Program-made: the position numbers and the translations under genes
Notes under the pieces: generated by a model
What the model saw: the letters and a program-made list of their open reading frames with translations, nothing else
Told to the model about the DNA's origin: nothing
Database searches by the model: none
Shown here: positions 62,944 to 63,882 of the stretch, in pieces
Numbering within the stretch: the first letter of the stretch is position 1
How the letters are laid out: every line of letters starts with the position of its first letter
Assembly: GCA_964252035.1 (NCBI GenBank)
Contig: OZ176200.1
Source: Podarcis erhardii
Taxonomy: Eukaryota
Strand: one strand, 5' to 3'
DNA: 63,882 bases

Positions 62944-63882
62944 CCGTATTTTTCGCTCTATAACACGCACCTGACCATAACACGCACATTGTTTTTAGAG
63001 GAGGAAAACAAGGGAAAAAACATTCTGAATGAAACAGTGGATGTATCATTTTTGGGCTTCATGCTGTGGCCACAGACATGTGATCTGATGGTGAATTTGG
63101 GGTGACCCAATGCCAAAATCCTGAGAATTCCTGTGGATCCATGCTTTGTAACCACGTTTTTGCACCATTGCAGCCCCAGGCAACAGTGGGTGCGTGATTT
63201 TTTTGGTGCAGGCTGTAGCCATGGACATGCTATGTGATCTGATGGTGAATTTGGGGTGACCCAATGCAAAGATCCTGAGAATCCCTGTGGATCCATGCTT
63301 TGTAACCACGTTTTTGCACCATTGCAGCCCCAGGCAACAGTGGGTGCGTGATTTTTTTGGTGCAGGCTGTAGCCATGGACATGCTATGTGATCTGATGGT
63401 GAATTTGGGGTGACCCAATGCAAGGATCCTGAGAATCCCTGTGGATTCATGCTTTTTAACCACATTTTTGCACCATTGCAGCCCCAGGCAACAGTGGGTG
63501 CGTGATTTTTTTGGTGCAGGCTGTAGCCATGGACATGCTATGTAATCTGATGGTGAATTTGGGGTGACTGAATGCAAAGATCCTGAGGATCCATGTGGAT
63601 CCATGCTTTTTAACCACGTTTTTGCACCATTGCAGCCCCAGGCAACAGTGGGTGCGTGATTTTGGGGGGGCAGGCTGTAGCCATGGACATGCTATGTGAT
63701 CTGATGGTGAATTTGGGGTGACCCAATGCAAAGATCCTGAGGATCCATGTGGATCTATGCTTTGTAACCACATTTTAAGTGGGGAGCGAAGGAAAAACAA
63801 AGAAGGGACATTAGAGGGGTGTGCAGAGAAGCAGCTGGCTAAGAATGCAGGACAGGGATTTAATGGGTTGGAGGAAGGAAAG
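62944..63882 (+). mobile_element. pogo-like DNA transposon, right end beyond window
   Basis: TA+CCGTATTTTTCGCTCTATAA terminus; first about 90 nt homologous to the reverse complement of the right end of 41841-42091. Confidence 0.75.
63076..63775. repeat. Tandem array of a 154-bp unit, about 4.5 copies
   Basis: GATCTGATGGTGAATTTGGGG recurs at 63082, 63236, 63390, 63544 (G>A) and 63698; period 154. Confidence 0.95.

Noticed and set aside
63076-63775. Regular repeats as a CRISPR array; repeated ORFs 62958-63800
   Set aside because: Units are contiguous with no unique spacers, the genome is eukaryotic, and no cas genes are present; the ORFs are frame-shifting translations of a 154-bp unit

Overview
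Vertebrate genomic DNA, not prokaryotic. The SINE/LINE/MITE content points to a squamate, most likely a lacertid lizard (inference). Four intron-containing genes were reconstructed exon by exon with GT-AG sites and consistent phases: the 3' end of FAM161B (+), complete ZNF410 (-, 10 coding exons, 466 aa), complete FBXO33 (+, 4 exons, about 533 aa, two assembly gaps in the 3' UTR) and the last 15 exons of MIA2/CTAGE5 (-, ends ...QQET*). ZNF410 and FBXO33 are head-to-head with two separate CpG islands. Introns and intergenic DNA hold a solo LTR with a 5-bp TSD, a young 5'-truncated L2 with an intact RT frame, L1/CR1/L2 fragments, three SINE families, TA-flanked Tc1/mariner-pogo MITEs, hAT MITEs with 8-bp TSDs, and two Penelope-like insertions carrying degenerate hammerhead-ribozyme motifs. 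Best leads: the hammerhead-bearing Penelope foldbacks, a candidate FBXO33 poison exon, a 1-nt frame offset at the ZNF410 C-terminus, an LTR that is stop-free in one frame from its first base, and a 154-bp tandem array inside a DNA transposon. There is no CRISPR, rRNA or true tRNA gene, and I cannot support a wholly new multi-gene system. Gene names and human comparisons rest on recalled protein sequences, not on searches.
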